Shown piece by piece: positions 10,701 through 25,300 of a stretch of 64,000 nucleotides of DNA (within the stretch, counting starts at the first letter, position 1; each line of letters opens with the position of its first letter). The stretch is from Auanema rhodensis (taxonomy: Eukaryota; Animalia; Nematoda). The notes beneath the pieces are model-generated. The model was not told where the DNA came from, searched no databases, and saw only the letters and a program-made list of their open reading frames with translations. Where the stretch lies: positions 16,802,001 to 16,866,000 of the forward strand of contig OZ059898.1 in NCBI GenBank assembly GCA_964057225.1, written 5' to 3'. A program made the translations under genes and the position numbers.

Positions 10701-13700
10701 CAATGTTGAGTGTACATGGAAACTCAACATACACTAATGCATCATTTTTCAAACGATCATAACTAATTTTTGTATAAAGCGTTTTTCAATGTAGTATAGT
10801 GCATTCGATGCGGATTTTTAAGCTGCGTCGATCTGTGTTATCAGATTTGCGCTAGCTTAAAAATGCACCGAGATATCAACTGATATAAGTTCACACTTAT
10901 ATCCTCGATTTTCACCCTGAAGAATTATTTTTTTCGTTGAATAACATTGTCCATCGTCTTTGCCTTGAAAAAAGGAATCTAAAAACATCTACTTTCTGCT
11001 AAATTATTCTGAAATTTTTCGAAAAAATTTTTGTCAAAATGTTTTTGGAAGCAATTTTGAGTGTACATGGAAACTCAACATACACTAATGCATCATTTTT
11101 CAAACGATCATAACTAATTTTTGTATAAAGCGTTTTTCAATGTAGTATAGTGCATTCGATGCGGATTTTTAAGCTGCGTCGATCTGTGTTATCAGATTTG
11201 CGCTAGCTTAAAAATGCACCGAGATATCAACTGATATAAGTTCACACTTATATCCTCGATTTTCACCCTGAAGAATTATTTTTTTCGTTGAATAACATTG
11301 TCCATCGTCTTTGCCTTGAAAAAAGGAATCTAAAAACATCTACTTTCTGCTAAATTATTCTGAAATTTTTCGAAAAAATTTTTGTCAAAATGTTTTTGGA
11401 AGCAATTTTGAGTGTACATGGAAACTCAACATACACTAATGCATCATTTTTCAAACGATCATAACTAATTTTTGTATAAAGCGTTTTTCAATGTAGTATA
11501 GTGCATTCGATGCGGATTTTTAAGCTGCGTCGATCTGTGTTATCAGATTTGCGCTAGCTTAAAAATGCACCGAGATATCAACTGATATAAGTTCACACTT
11601 ATATCCTCGATTTTCACCCTGAAGAATTAATTTTTTCGTTGAATAACATTGTCCATCGTCTTTGCCTTGAAAAAAGGAATTTCAAAACATCTACTTTTTG
11701 CTAAATTATTCTGAAATTTTTCGAAAAAATTTTTGTCAAAATGTTTTTGGAAGCAATGTTGAGTGTACATGGAAACTCAACATACACTAATGCATCATTT
11801 TTCAAACGATCATAACTAATTTTTGTATTAAGCGTTTCTCAATGTAGTATAGTGCATTCGATGCGGATTTTTAAGCTGCGTCGATCTGTGTTATCAGATT
11901 TGCGCTAGCTTAAAAATGCACCGAGATATCAACTGATATAAGTTCACACTTATATCCTCGATTTTCACCCTGAAGAATTAATTTTTTCGTTGAATAACAT
12001 TGTCCATCGTCATTGCCTTGAAAAAAAGAATTTCAAAACATCTACTTTTTGCTAAATTATTCTGAAATTTTTCGAAAAAATTTTTGTCAAAATGTTTTTG
12101 GAAGCAATGTTGAGTGTACATGGAAACTCAACATACACTAATGAATCATTTTTCAAACGATCATAACTAATTTTTGTATTGAGCGTTTCTCAATGTAGTA
12201 TAGTGCATTCGATGCGGATTTTTGAGCTGCGTCGATCTGTGTTATCAGATTTGCGCTAGCTTAAAAATGCACCGAGATATCAACTGATATAAGTTCACAC
12301 TTATATCCTCGATTTTCACCCTGAAGAATTATTTTTTTCGTTGAATAACATTGTTCATCGTCTTTGCCTTAAAAAAAGGAATCTAAAAACATCTACTTTC
12401 TGCTAAATTATTCTGAAATTTTTCGAAAAAATTTTTGTCAAAATGTTTTTGGAAGCAATTTTGAGTGTACATGGAAACTCAACATACACTAATGAATCAT
12501 TTTTCAAACGATCATAACTAATTTTTGTATTAAGCGTTTCTCAATGTAGTATAGTGCATTCGATGCGGATTTTTAAGCTGCGTCGATCTGTGTTATCAGA
12601 TTTGCGCTAGCTTAAAAATGCACCGAGATATCAACTGATATAAGTTCACACTTATATCCTCGATTTTCACCCTGAAGAATTAATTTTTTCGTTGAATAAC
12701 ATTGTCCATCGTCTTTGCCTTGAAAAAAGGAATCTAAAAACATTTACTTTTTGCTAAATTATTCTGAAATTTTTCGAAAAAATTTTTGTCAAAATGTTTT
12801 TGGAAGCAATGTTGAGTGTACATGGAAACTCAACATACACTAATGCATCATTTTTCAAACGATCATAACTAATTTTTGTATTTAGCGTTTCTCAATGTAG
12901 TATAGTGCATTCGATGCAGATTTTTAAGCTGCGTCGATCTGTGTTATCAGATTTGCGCTAGCTTAAAAATGCACCGAGATATCAACTGATATATGTTCAC
13001 ACTTATATCCTCGATTTTCACCCTGAAGAAATAATTTTTTCGTTGAATAACATTGTCCATCGTCTTTGCCTTGAAAAAAGGAATCTAAAAACATCTACTT
13101 TTTGCTAAATTATTTTGAAATTTTTCGAAAAAATTTTTGTCAAAATGTTTTTGGAAGCAATGTTGAGTGTACATGGAAACTCAACATACACTAATGCATC
13201 ATTTTTCAAACGATCATAACTAATTTTTGTATTAAGCGTTTCTCAATGTAGTATAGTGAATTCGATGCGGATTTTTAAGCTGCGTCGATCTGTGTTATCA
13301 GATTTGCGCTAGCTTAAAAATGCACCGAGATATCAACTGATATAAGTTCACACTTATATCCTCGATTTTCACCCTGAAGAAATAATTTTTTCGTTGAATA
13401 ACATTGTCCATCGTCTTTGCCTTGAAAAAAGGAATCTAAAAACATCTACTTTTTGCTAAATTATTTTGAAATTTTTCGAAAAAATTTTTGTCAAAATGTT
13501 TTTGGAAGCAATGTTGAGTGTACATGGAAACTCAACATACACTAATGCATCATTTTTCAAACGATCATAACTACTTTTTGTATAAAGCGTTTTTCAATGT
13601 AGTATAGTGCATTCGATGCGGATTTTTAAGCTGCGTCGATCTGTGTTATCAGATTTGCGCTAGCTTAAAAATGCACCGAGATATCAACTGATATAAGTTC

Positions 13701-15795
13701 ACACTTATATCCTCGATTTTCACCCTGAAGAATTATTTTTTTCGTTGAATAACATTGTCCATCGTCTTTGCCTTGAAAAAAGGAATCTAAAAACATCTAC
13801 TTTCTGCTAAATTATTCTGAAATTTTTCGAAAAAATTTTTGTCAAAATGTTTTTGGAAGCAATTTTGAGTGTACATGGAAACTCAACATACACTAATGCA
13901 TCATTTTTCAAACGATCATAACTAATTTTTGTATAAAGCGTTTTTCAATGTAGTATAGTGCATTCGATGCGGATTTTTAAGCTGCGTCGATCTGTGTTAT
14001 CAGATTTGCGCTAGCTTAAAAATGCACCGAGATATCAACTGATATAAGTTCACACTTATATCCTCGATTTTCACCCTGAAGAATTATTTTTTTCGTTGAA
14101 TAACATTGTCCATCGTCTTTGCCTTGAAAAAAGGAATCTAAAAACATCTACTTTCTGCTAAATTATTCTGAAATTTTTCGAAAAAATTTTTGTCAAAATG
14201 TTTTTGGAAGCAATTTTGAGTGTACATGGAAACTCAACATACACTAATGCATCATTTTTCAAACGATCATAACTAATTTTTGTATAAAGCGTTTTTCAAT
14301 GTAGTATAGTGCATTCGATGCGGATTTTTAAGCTGCGTCGATCTGTGTTATCAGATTTGCGCTAGCTTAAAAATGCACCGAGATATCAACTGATATAAGT
14401 TCACACTTATATCCTCGATTTTCACCCTGAAGAATTAATTTTTTCGTTGAATAACATTGTCCATCGTCTTTGCCTTGAAAAAAGGAATTTCAAAACATCT
14501 ACTTTTTGCTAAATTATTCTGAAATTTTTCGAAAAAATTTTTGTCAAAATGTTTTTGGAAGCAATGTTGAGTGTACATGGAAACTCAACATACACTAATG
14601 CATCATTTTTCAAACGATCATAACTAATTTTTGTATTAAGCGTTTCTCAATGTAGTATAGTGCATTCGATGCGGATTTTTAAGCTGCGTCGATCTGTGTT
14701 ATCAGATTTGCGCTAGCTTAAAAATGCACCGAGATATCAACTGATATAAGTTCACACTTATATCCTCGATTTTCACCCTGAAGAATTAATTTTTTCGTTG
14801 AATAACATTGTCCATCGTCATTGCCTTGAAAAAAAGAATTTCAAAACATCTACTTTTTGCTAAATTATTCTGAAATTTTTCGAAAAAATTTTTGTCAAAA
14901 TGTTTTTGGAAGCAATGTTGAGTGTACATGGAAACTCAACATACACTAATGAATCATTTTTCAAACGATCATAACTAATTTTTGTATTGAGCGTTTCTCA
15001 ATGTAGTATAGTGCATTCGATGCGGATTTTTGAGCTGCGTCGATCTGTGTTATCAGATTTGCGCTAGCTTAAAAATGCACCGAGATATCAACTGATATAA
15101 GTTCACACTTATATCCTCGATTTTCACCCTGAAGAATTATTTTTTTCGTTGAATAACATTGTTCATCGTCTTTGCCTTAAAAAAAGGAATCTAAAAACAT
15201 CTACTTTCTGCTAAATTATTCTGAAATTTTTCGAAAAAATTTTTGTCAAAATGTTTTTGGAAGCAATTTTGAGTGTACATGGAAACTCAACATACACTAA
15301 TGAATCATTTTTCAAACGATCATAACTAATTTTTGTATTAAGCGTTTCTCAATGTAGTATAGTGCATTCGATGCGGATTTTTAAGCTGCGTCGATCTGTG
15401 TTATCAGATTTGCGCTAGCTTAAAAATGCACCGAGATATCAACTGATATAAGTTCACACTTATATCCTCGATTTTCACCCTGAAGAATTAATTTTTTCGT
15501 TGAATAACATTGTCCATCGTCTTTGCCTTGAAAAAAGGAATCTAAAAACATTTACTTTTTGCTAAATTATTCTGAAATTTTTCGAAAAAATTTTTGTCAA
15601 AATGTTTTTGGAAGCAATGTTGAGTGTACATGGAAACTCAACATACACTAATGCATCATTTTTCAAACGATCATAACTAATTTTTGTATTTAGCGTTTCT
15701 CAATGTAGTATAGTGCATTCGATGCAGATTTTTAAGCTGCGTCGATCTGTGTTATCAGATTTGCGCTAGCTTAAAAATGCACCGAGATATCAACT
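1756..15795. repeat. Haplotype domain 1: monomers 6-45, marked by TTATTCTGAA and GCATTCGATG, with two interleaved monomer types
   Basis: Type X has AATTATTTT, ACTTTCTGC and GCAATTTTG. Type Y has AATTAATTTT and GAATTTCAAAA. Monomers 38-39 are exceptions introduced by the 8-mer duplication. No indels in this domain. Confidence 0.85.
3443..3493. other. 51-bp imperfect hairpin in each monomer (offsets 284-334); representative copy in monomer 10
   Basis: ATTTTTAAGCT pairs with AGCTTAAAAAT (11 bp perfect), GCG with CGC, and ATCTG with CAGAT; the loop is TGTTAT. Confidence 0.92.
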
Positions 15796-16391
15796 GATAT
15801 ATGTTCACACTTATATCCTCGATTTTCACCCTGAAGAAATAATTTTTTCGTTGAATAACATTGTCCATCGTCTTTGCCTTGAAAAAAGGAATCTAAAAAC
15901 ATCTACTTTTTGCTAAATTATTTTGAAATTTTTCGAAAAAATTTTTGTCAAAATGTTTTTGGAAGCAATGTTGAGTGTACATGGAAACTCAACATACACT
16001 AATGCATCATTTTTCAAACGATCATAACTAATTTTTGTATTAAGCGTTTCTCAATGTAGTATAGTGAATTCGATGCGGATTTTTAAGCTGCGTCGATCTG
16101 TGTTATCAGATTTGCGCTAGCTTAAAAATGCACCGAGATATCAACTGATATAAGTTCACACTTATATCCTCGATTTTCACCCTGAAGAAATAATTTTTTC
16201 GTTGAATAACATTGTCCATCGTCTTTGCCTTGAAAAAAGGAATCTAAAAACATCTACTTTTTGCTAAATTATTTTGAAATTTTTCGAAAAAATTTTTGTC
16301 AAAATGTTTTTGGAAGCAATGTTGAGTGTACATGGAAACTCAACATACACTAATGCATCATTTTTCAAACGATCATAACTACTTTTTGTAT
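10776..16391. repeat. Tandem duplication of an 8-monomer (2808-bp) block
   Basis: The rare alleles ATGAATC, TTTGAGCT, CATTTAC, TATTTAGC, GATGCAGA and GATATATGTT recur exactly 2808 bp apart (e.g. 12224/15032), as does the ACTACT allele (13574/16382). Confidence 0.92.
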
Positions 16392-19305
16392 TAAGCGTTT
16401 CTCAATGTAGTATAGTGAATTCGATGCGGATTTTTAAGCTGCGTCGATCTGTGTTATCAGATTTGCGCTAGCTTAAAAATGCACCGAGATATCAACTGAT
16501 ATAAGTTCACACTTATATCCTCGATTTTCACCCTGAAGAAATAATTTTTTCGTTGAATAACATTGTCCATCGTCTTTGCCTTGAAAAAAGGAATCTAAAA
16601 ACATCTACTTTTTGCTAAATTATTTTGAAATTTTTCGAAAAAATTTTTGTCAAAATGTTTTTGGAAGCAATGTTGAGTGTACATGGAAACTCAACATACA
16701 CTAATGCATCATTTTTCAAACGATCATAACTAATTTTTGTATTAAGCGTTTCTCAATGTAGTATAGTGCATTTGATGCGGATTTTTAAGCTGCGTCGATC
16801 TGTGTTATCAGATTTGCGCTAGCTTAAAAATGCACCGAGATATCAACTGATATAAGTTCACACTTATATCCTCGATTTTCACCCTGAAGAAATAATTTTT
16901 TCATTGAATAACATTGTCCATCGTCTTTGCCTTGAAAAAAGGAATCTAAAAACATCTACTTTTTGCTAACTTATTTTGAAATTTTTCGAAAAAATTTTTG
17001 TCAAAATGTTTTTGGAAGCAATGTTGAGTGTACATGGAAACTCAACATACACTAATGCATCATTTTTCAAACGATCATAACTAATTTTTGTATTAAGCGT
17101 TTCTCAATGTAGTATAGTGCATTTGATGCGGATTTTTAAGCTGCGTCGATCTGTGTTATCAGATTTGCGCTAGCTTAAAAATGCACCGAGATATCAACTG
17201 ATATAAGTTCACACTTATATCCTCGATTTTCACCCTGAAGAAATAATTTTTTCGTTGAATAACATTGTCCATCGTCTTTGCCTTGAAAAAAGGAATCTAA
17301 AAACATCTACTTTTTGCTAAATTATTTTGAAGTTTTTCGAAAAAATTTTTGTCAAAATGTTTTTGGAAGCAATGTTGAGTGTACATGGAAACTCAACATA
17401 CACTAATGCATCATTTTTCAAACGATCATAACTAATTTTTGTATTAAGCGTTTCTCAATGTAGTATAGTGCATTTGATGCGGATTTTTAAGCTGCGTCGA
17501 TCTGTGTTATCAGATTTGCGCTAGCTTAAAAATGCACCGAGATATCAACTGATATAAGTTCACACTTATATCCTCGATTTTCACCCTGAAGAAATAATTT
17601 TTTCGTTGAATAACATTGTCCATCGTCTTTGCCTTAAAAAAAGGAATCTAAAAACATCTACTTTTTGCTAAATTATTTTGAAGTTTTTTGAAAAAATTTT
17701 TGTCAAAATGTTTTTGGAAGCAATGTTGAGTGTACATGGAAACTCAACATACACTAATGCATCATTTTTCAAACGATCATAACTAATTTTTGTATTAAGC
17801 GTTTCTCAATGTAGTATAGTGCATTTGATGCGGATTTTTAAGCTGCGTCGATCTGTGTTATCAGATTTGCGCTAGCTTAAAAATGCACCGAGATATCAAC
17901 TGATATAAGTTCACACTTATATCCTCGATTTTCACCCTGAAGAAATAATTTTTTCGTTGAATAACATTGTCCATCGTCTTTGCCTTGGAAAAAGGAATCT
18001 AAAAACATCTACTTTTTGCTAAATTATTTTGAAATTTTTCGAAAAAATTTTTGTCAAAATGTTTTTGGAAGCAATGTTGAGTGTACATGGAAACTCAACA
18101 TACACTAATGCATCATTTTTCAAACGATCATAACTAATTTTTGTATTAAGCGTTTCTCAATGTAGTATAGTATATTCGATGCGGATTTTCAAGCTGCGTC
18201 GATCTGTGTTATCAGATTTGCGCTAGCTTAAAAATGCACCGAGATATCAACTGATATAAGTTCACACTTATATCCTCGATTTTCACCCTGAAGAATTAAT
18301 TTTTTTGTTGAATAACATTGCCCATCGTCTTTGCCTTGAAAAAAGGAATCTAAAAACATCTACTTTTTGCTAAATTATTTTGAAATTTTTCGAAAAAATT
18401 TTTGTCAAAATGTTTTTGGAAGCAATGTTGAGTGTACATGGAAACTCAACATACACTAATGCATCATTTTTCAAACGATCATAACTAAATTTTGTATTAA
18501 GCGTTTCTCAATGTAGTATAGTTCATTTGATGCGGATTTTTAAGCTGCGTCGATCTGTGTTATCAGATTTGCGCTAGCTTAAAAATGCACCGAGATATCA
18601 ACTGATATAAGTTCACACTTATATCCTCGATTTTCACCCTGAAGAAATAATTTTTTCGTTGAATAACATTGTCCATCGTCTTTGCCTTGAGAAAAGGAAT
18701 TTGAAAACATCTACTTTTTGCTAAATTATTTTGAAATTTTTCGAAAAAATTTTTGTCAAAATGTTTTTGGAAGCAATGTTGAGTGTACATGTAAACTCAA
18801 CATACACTAATGCACCATTTTTCAAACAATCATAACTAATTTTTGTATTAAGCATTTTTCAATGTAGTATAGTGCATTTGATGCGGATTTTTAAGCTGCG
18901 TCGATCTGTGTTATCAAATTTGCGCTAGCTTAAAAATGCACCGAGATATCAACTGATATAAGTTCACACTTATATCCTCGATTTTCACCCTGAAGAAATA
19001 ATTTTTTCGTTGAATAACATTGTCCATCGTCTTTGCCTTGAGAAAAGGAATTTGAAAACATCTACTTTTTGCTAAATTATTTTGAAATTTTTCGAAAAAA
19101 TTTTTGTCAAAATGTTTTTGGAAGCAATGTTGAGTGTACATGTAAACTCAACATACACTAATGCATCATTTTTCAAACGATCATAACTAAATTTTGTATT
19201 AAGCGTTTCTCAATGTAGTATAGTTCATTTGATGCGGATTTTTAAGCTGCGTCGATCTGTGTTATCAGATTTGCGCTAGCTTAAAAATGCACCGAGATAT
19301 CAACT

Positions 19306-22300
19306 GATATAAGTTCACACTTATATCCTCGATTTTCACCCTGAAGAAATAATTTTTTCGTTGAATAACATTGTCCATCGTCTTTGCCTTGAGAAAAGGA
19401 ATTTGAAAACATCTACTTTTTGCTAAATTATTTTGAAATTTTTCGAAAAAATTTTTGTCAAAATGTTTTTGGAAGCAATGTTGAGTGTACATGTAAACTC
19501 AACATACACTAATGCACCATTTTTCAAACAATCATAACTAATTTTTGTATTAAGCATTTTTCAATGTAGTATAGTGCATTTGATGCGGATTTTTAAGCTG
19601 CGTCGATCTGTGTTATCAAATTTGCGCTAGCTTAAAAATGCACCGAGATATCAACTGATATAAGTTCACACTTATATCCTCGATTTTCACCCTGAAGAAA
19701 TAATTTTTTCGTTGAATAACATTGTCCATCGTCTTTGCCTTGAAAAAAGGAATCTAAAAACATCTACTTTTTGCTAAATTATTATGAAATTTTTCGAAAA
19801 AATTTTTGTCAAAATGTTTTTGGAAGCAATGTTGAGTGTACATGGAAACTCAACATACACTAATGCATCATTTTTCAAACGATCATAACTAATTTCTGTA
19901 TTAAGCGTTTCTCAATGTAGTATAGTGCATTTGATGCGGATTTTTAAGCTGCGTCGATCTGTGTTATCAGATTTGCGCTAGCTTAAAAATGCACCGAGAT
20001 ATCAACTGATATAAGTTCACACTTATATCCTCGATTTTCACCCTGAAGAAATAATTTTTCGTTGAATAACATTGTCCATCGTCTTTGCCTTGAAAAAAAG
20101 AATCTAAAAACATCTACTTTTTGCTAAATTATTTTGAAATTTTTCGAAAAAATTTTTGTCAAAATGTTTTTGGAAGCAATGTTGAGTGTACATGGAAACT
20201 CAACATACACTAATGCATCATTTTTCAAACGATCATAACTAATTTCTGTATTAAGCGTTTCTCAATGTAGTATAGTGCATTTGATGCGGATTTTTAAGCT
20301 GCGTCGATCTGTGTTATCAGATTTGCGCTAGCTTGAAAATGCACCGAGATATCAACTGATATAAGTTCACACTTATATCCTCGATTTTCACCCTGAAGAA
20401 ATAATTTTTCGTTGAATAACATTGTCCATCGTCTTTGCCTTGAAAAAAAGAATCTAAAAACATCTACTTTTTGCTAAATTATTTTGAAGTTTTTCGAAAA
20501 AATTTTTGTCAAAATGTTTTTGGAAGCAATGTTGAGTGTACATGGAAACTCAACATACACTAATGCATCATTTTTCAAACGATCATAACTAATTTTTGTA
20601 TTAAGCGTTTCTCAATGTAGTATAGTGCATTCGATGCGGATTTTCAAGCTGCGTCGATCTGTGTTATCAGATTTGCGCTAGCTTAAAAATGCACCGAGAT
20701 ATCAACTGATATAAGTTCACACTTATATCCTCGATTTTCACCCTGAAGAATTAATTTTTTTGTTGAATAACATTGCCCATCGTCTTTGCCTTGAAAAAAG
20801 GAATCTAAAAACATCTACTTTTTGCTAAATTATTTTGAAATTTTTCGAAAAAATTTTTGTCAAAATGTTTTTGGAAGCAATGTTGAGTGTACATGGAAAC
20901 TCAACATACACTAATGCACCATTTTTCAAACAATCATAACTAATTTTTGTATTAAGCGTTTCTCAATGTAGTATAGTGCATTTGATGCGGATTTTTAAGC
21001 TGCGTCGATCTGTGTTATCAGATTTGCGCTAGCTTGAAAATGCACCGAGATATCAACTGATATAAGTTCACACTTATATCCTCGATTTTCACCCTGAAGA
21101 AATAATTTTTTCGTTGAATAACATTGTCCATCGTCTTTGCCTTGAGAAAAGGAATTTGAAAACATCTACTTTTTGCTAAATTATTTTGAAATTTTTCGAA
21201 AAAATTTTTGTCAAAATGTTTTTGGAAGCAATGTTGAGTGTACATGTAAACTCAACATACACTAATGCACCATTTTTCAAACAATCATAACTAATTTTTG
21301 TATTAAGCATTTTTCAATGTAGTATAGTGCATTTGATGCGGATTTTTAAGCTGCGTCGATCTGTGTTATCAAATTTGCGCTAGCTTAAAAATGCACCGAG
21401 ATATCAACTGATATAAGTTCACACTTATATCCTCGATTTTCACCCTGAAGAATTAATTTTTTTGTTGAATAACATTGCCCATCGTCTTTGCCTTGAAAAA
21501 AGGAATCTAAAAACATCTACTTTTTGCTAAATTATTTTGAAATTTTTCGAAAAAATTTTTGTCAAAATGTTTTTGGAAGCAATGTTGAGTGTACATGGAA
21601 ACTCAACATACACTAATGCATCATTTTTCAAACGATCATAACTAAATTTTGTATTAAGCGTTTCTCAATGTAGTATAGTTCATTTGATGCGGATTTTTAA
21701 GCTGCGTCGATCTGTGTTATCAGATTTGCGCTAGCTTAAAAATGCACCGAGATATCAACTGATATAAGTTCACACTTATATCCTCGATTTTCACCCTGAA
21801 GAAATAATTTTTTCGTTGAATAACATTGTCCATCGTCTTTGCCTTGAGAAAAGGAATTTGAAAACATCTACTTTTTGCTAAATTATTTTGAAATTTTTCG
21901 AAAAAATTTTTGTCAAAATGTTTTTGGAAGCAATGTTGAGTGTACATGTAAACTCAACATACACTAATGCACCATTTTTCAAACAATCATAACTAATTTT
22001 TGTATTAAGCATTTTTCAATGTAGTATAGTGCATTTGATGCGGATTTTTAAGCTGCGTCGATCTGTGTTATCAAATTTGCGCTAGCTTAAAAATGCACCG
22101 AGATATCAACTGATATAAGTTCACACTTATATCCTCGATTTTCACCCTGAAGAAATAATTTTTTCGTTGAATAACATTGTCCATCGTCTTTGCCTTGAAA
22201 AAAGGAATCTAAAAACATCTACTTTTTGCTAAATTATTATGAAATTTTTCGAAAAAATTTTTGTCAAAATGTTTTTGGAAGCAATGTTGAGTGTACATGG

Positions 22301-25300
22301 AAACTCAACATACACTAATGCATCATTTTTCAAACGATCATAACTAATTTTTGTATTAAGCGTTTCTCAATGTAGTATAGTGCATTTGATGCGGATTTTT
22401 AAGCTGCGTCGATCTGTGTTATCAGATTTGCGCTAGCTTAAAAATGCACCGAGATATCAACTGATATAAGTTCACACTTATATCCTCGATTTTCACCCTG
22501 AAGAAATAATTTTTTCGTTGAATAACATTGTCCATCGTCTTTGCCTTGAAAAAAGGAATCTAAAAACATCTACTTTTTGCTAAATTATTTTGAAATTTTT
22601 CGAAAAAATTTTTGTCAAAATGTTTTTGGAAGCAATGTTGAGTGTACATGGAAACTCAACATACACTAATGCATCATTTTTCAAACGATCATAACTAATT
22701 TTTGTATTAAGCGTTTCTCAATGTAGTATAGTGCATTTGATGCGGATTTTTAAGCTGCGTCGATCTGTGTTATCAGATTTGCGCTAGCTTGAAAATGCAC
22801 CGAGATATCAACTGATATAAGTTCACACTTATATCCTCGATTTTCACCCTGAAGAAATAATTTTTCGTTGAATAACATTGTCCATCGTCTTTGCCTTGAA
22901 AAAAAGAATCTAAAAACATCTACTTTTTGCTAAATTATTTTGAAATTTTTCGAAAAAATTTTTGTCAAAATGTTTTTGGAAGCAATGTTGAGTGTACATG
23001 GAAACTCAACATACACTAATGCATCATTTTTCAAACGATCATAACTAATTTCTGTATTAAGCGTTTCTCAATGTAGTATAGTGCATTTGATGCGGATTTT
23101 TAAGCTGCGTCGATCTGTGTTATCAGATTTGCGCTAGCTTGAAAATGCACCGAGATATCAACTGATATAAGTTCACACTTATATCCTCGATTTTCACCCT
23201 GAAGAAATAATTTTTCGTTGAATAACATTGTCCATCGTCTTTGCCTTGAAAAAAAGAATCTAAAAACATCTACTTTTTGCTAAATTATTTTGAAGTTTTT
23301 CGAAAAAATTTTTGTCAAAATGTTTTTGGAAGCAATGTTGAGTGTACATGGAAACTCAACATACACTAATGCATCATTTTTCAAACGATCATAACTAAAT
23401 TTTGTATTAAGCGTTTCTCAATGTAGTATAGTTCATTTGATGCGGATTTTTAAGCTGCGTCGATCTGTGTTATCAGATTTGCGCTAGCTTAAAAATGCAC
23501 CGAGATATCAACTGATATAAGTTCACACTTATATCCTCGATTTTCACCCTGAAGAAATAATTTTTTCGTTGAATAACATTGTCCATCGTCTTTGCCTTGA
23601 GAAAAGGAATTTGAAAACATCTACTTTTTGCTAAATTATTTTGAAATTTTTCGAAAAAATTTTTGTCAAAATGTTTTTGGAAGCAATGTTGAGTGTACAT
23701 GTAAACTCAACATACACTAATGCACCATTTTTCAAACAATCATAACTAATTTTTGTATTAAGCATTTTTCAATGTAGTATAGTGCATTTGATGCGGATTT
23801 TTAAGCTGCGTCGATCTGTGTTATCAAATTTGCGCTAGCTTAAAAATGCACCGAGATATCAACTGATATAAGTTCACACTTATATCCTCGATTTTCACCC
23901 TGAAGAAATAATTTTTTCGTTGAATAACATTGTCCATCGTCTTTGCCTTGAGAAAAGGAATTTGAAAACATCTACTTTTTGCTAAATTATTTTTAAATTT
24001 TTCGAAAAAAGTTTTGTCAAAATGTTTTTGGAAGCAATGTTGAGTGTACATGTAAACTCAACATACACTAATGCACCATTTTTCAAACAATCATAACTAA
24101 TTTTTGTATTAAGCATTTTTCAATGTAGTATAGTGCATTTGATGCGGATTTTTAAGCTGCGTCGATCTGTGTTATCAAATTTGCGCTAGCTTAAAAATGC
24201 ACCGAGATATCAACTGATATAAGTTCACACTTATATCCTCGATTTTCACCCTGAAGAATTAATTTTTTTGTTGAATAACATTGTCCATCGTCTTTGCCTT
24301 GAGAAAAGGAATTTGAAAACATCTACTTTTTGCTAAATTATTTTGAAATTTTTCGAAAAAATTTTTGTCAAAATGTTTTTGGAAGCAATGTTGAGTGTAC
24401 ATGTAAACTCAACATACACTAATGCACCATTTTTCAAACAATCATAACTAATTTTTGTATTAAGCATTTTTCAATGTAGTATAGTGCATTTGATGCGGAT
24501 TTTTAAGCTGCGTCGATCTGTGTTATCAAATTTGCGCTAGCTTAAAAATGCACCGAGATATCAACTGATATAAGTTCACACTTATATCCTCGATTTTCAC
24601 CCTGAAGAAATAATTTTTTCGTTGAATAACATTGTCCATCGTCTTTGCCTTGAAAAAAGGAATCTAAAAACATCTACTTTTTGCTAAATTATTATGAAAT
24701 TTTTCGAAAAAATTTTTGTCAAAATGTTTTTGGAAGCAATGTTGAGTGTACATGGAAACTCAACATACACTAATGCATCATTTTTCAAACGATCATAACT
24801 AATTTCTGTATTAAGCGTTTCTCAATGTAGTATAGTGCATTTGATGCGGATTTTTAAGCTGCGTCGATCTGTGTTATCAGATTTGCGCTAGCTTAAAAAT
24901 GCACCGAGATATCAACTGATATAAGTTCACACTTATATCCTCGATTTTCACCCTGAAGAAATAATTTTTCGTTGAATAACATTGTCCATCGTCTTTGCCT
25001 TGAAAAAAAGAATCTAAAAACATCTACTTTTTGCTAAATTATTTTGAAATTTTTCGAAAAAATTTTTGTCAAAATGTTTTTGGAAGCAATGTTGAGTGTA
25101 CATGGAAACTCAACATACACTAATGCATCATTTTTCAAACGATCATAACTAATTTCTGTATTAAGCGTTTCTCAATGTAGTATAGTGCATTTGATGCGGA
25201 TTTTTAAGCTGCGTCGATCTGTGTTATCAGATTTGCGCTAGCTTGAAAATGCACCGAGATATCAACTGATATAAGTTCACACTTATATCCTCGATTTTCA

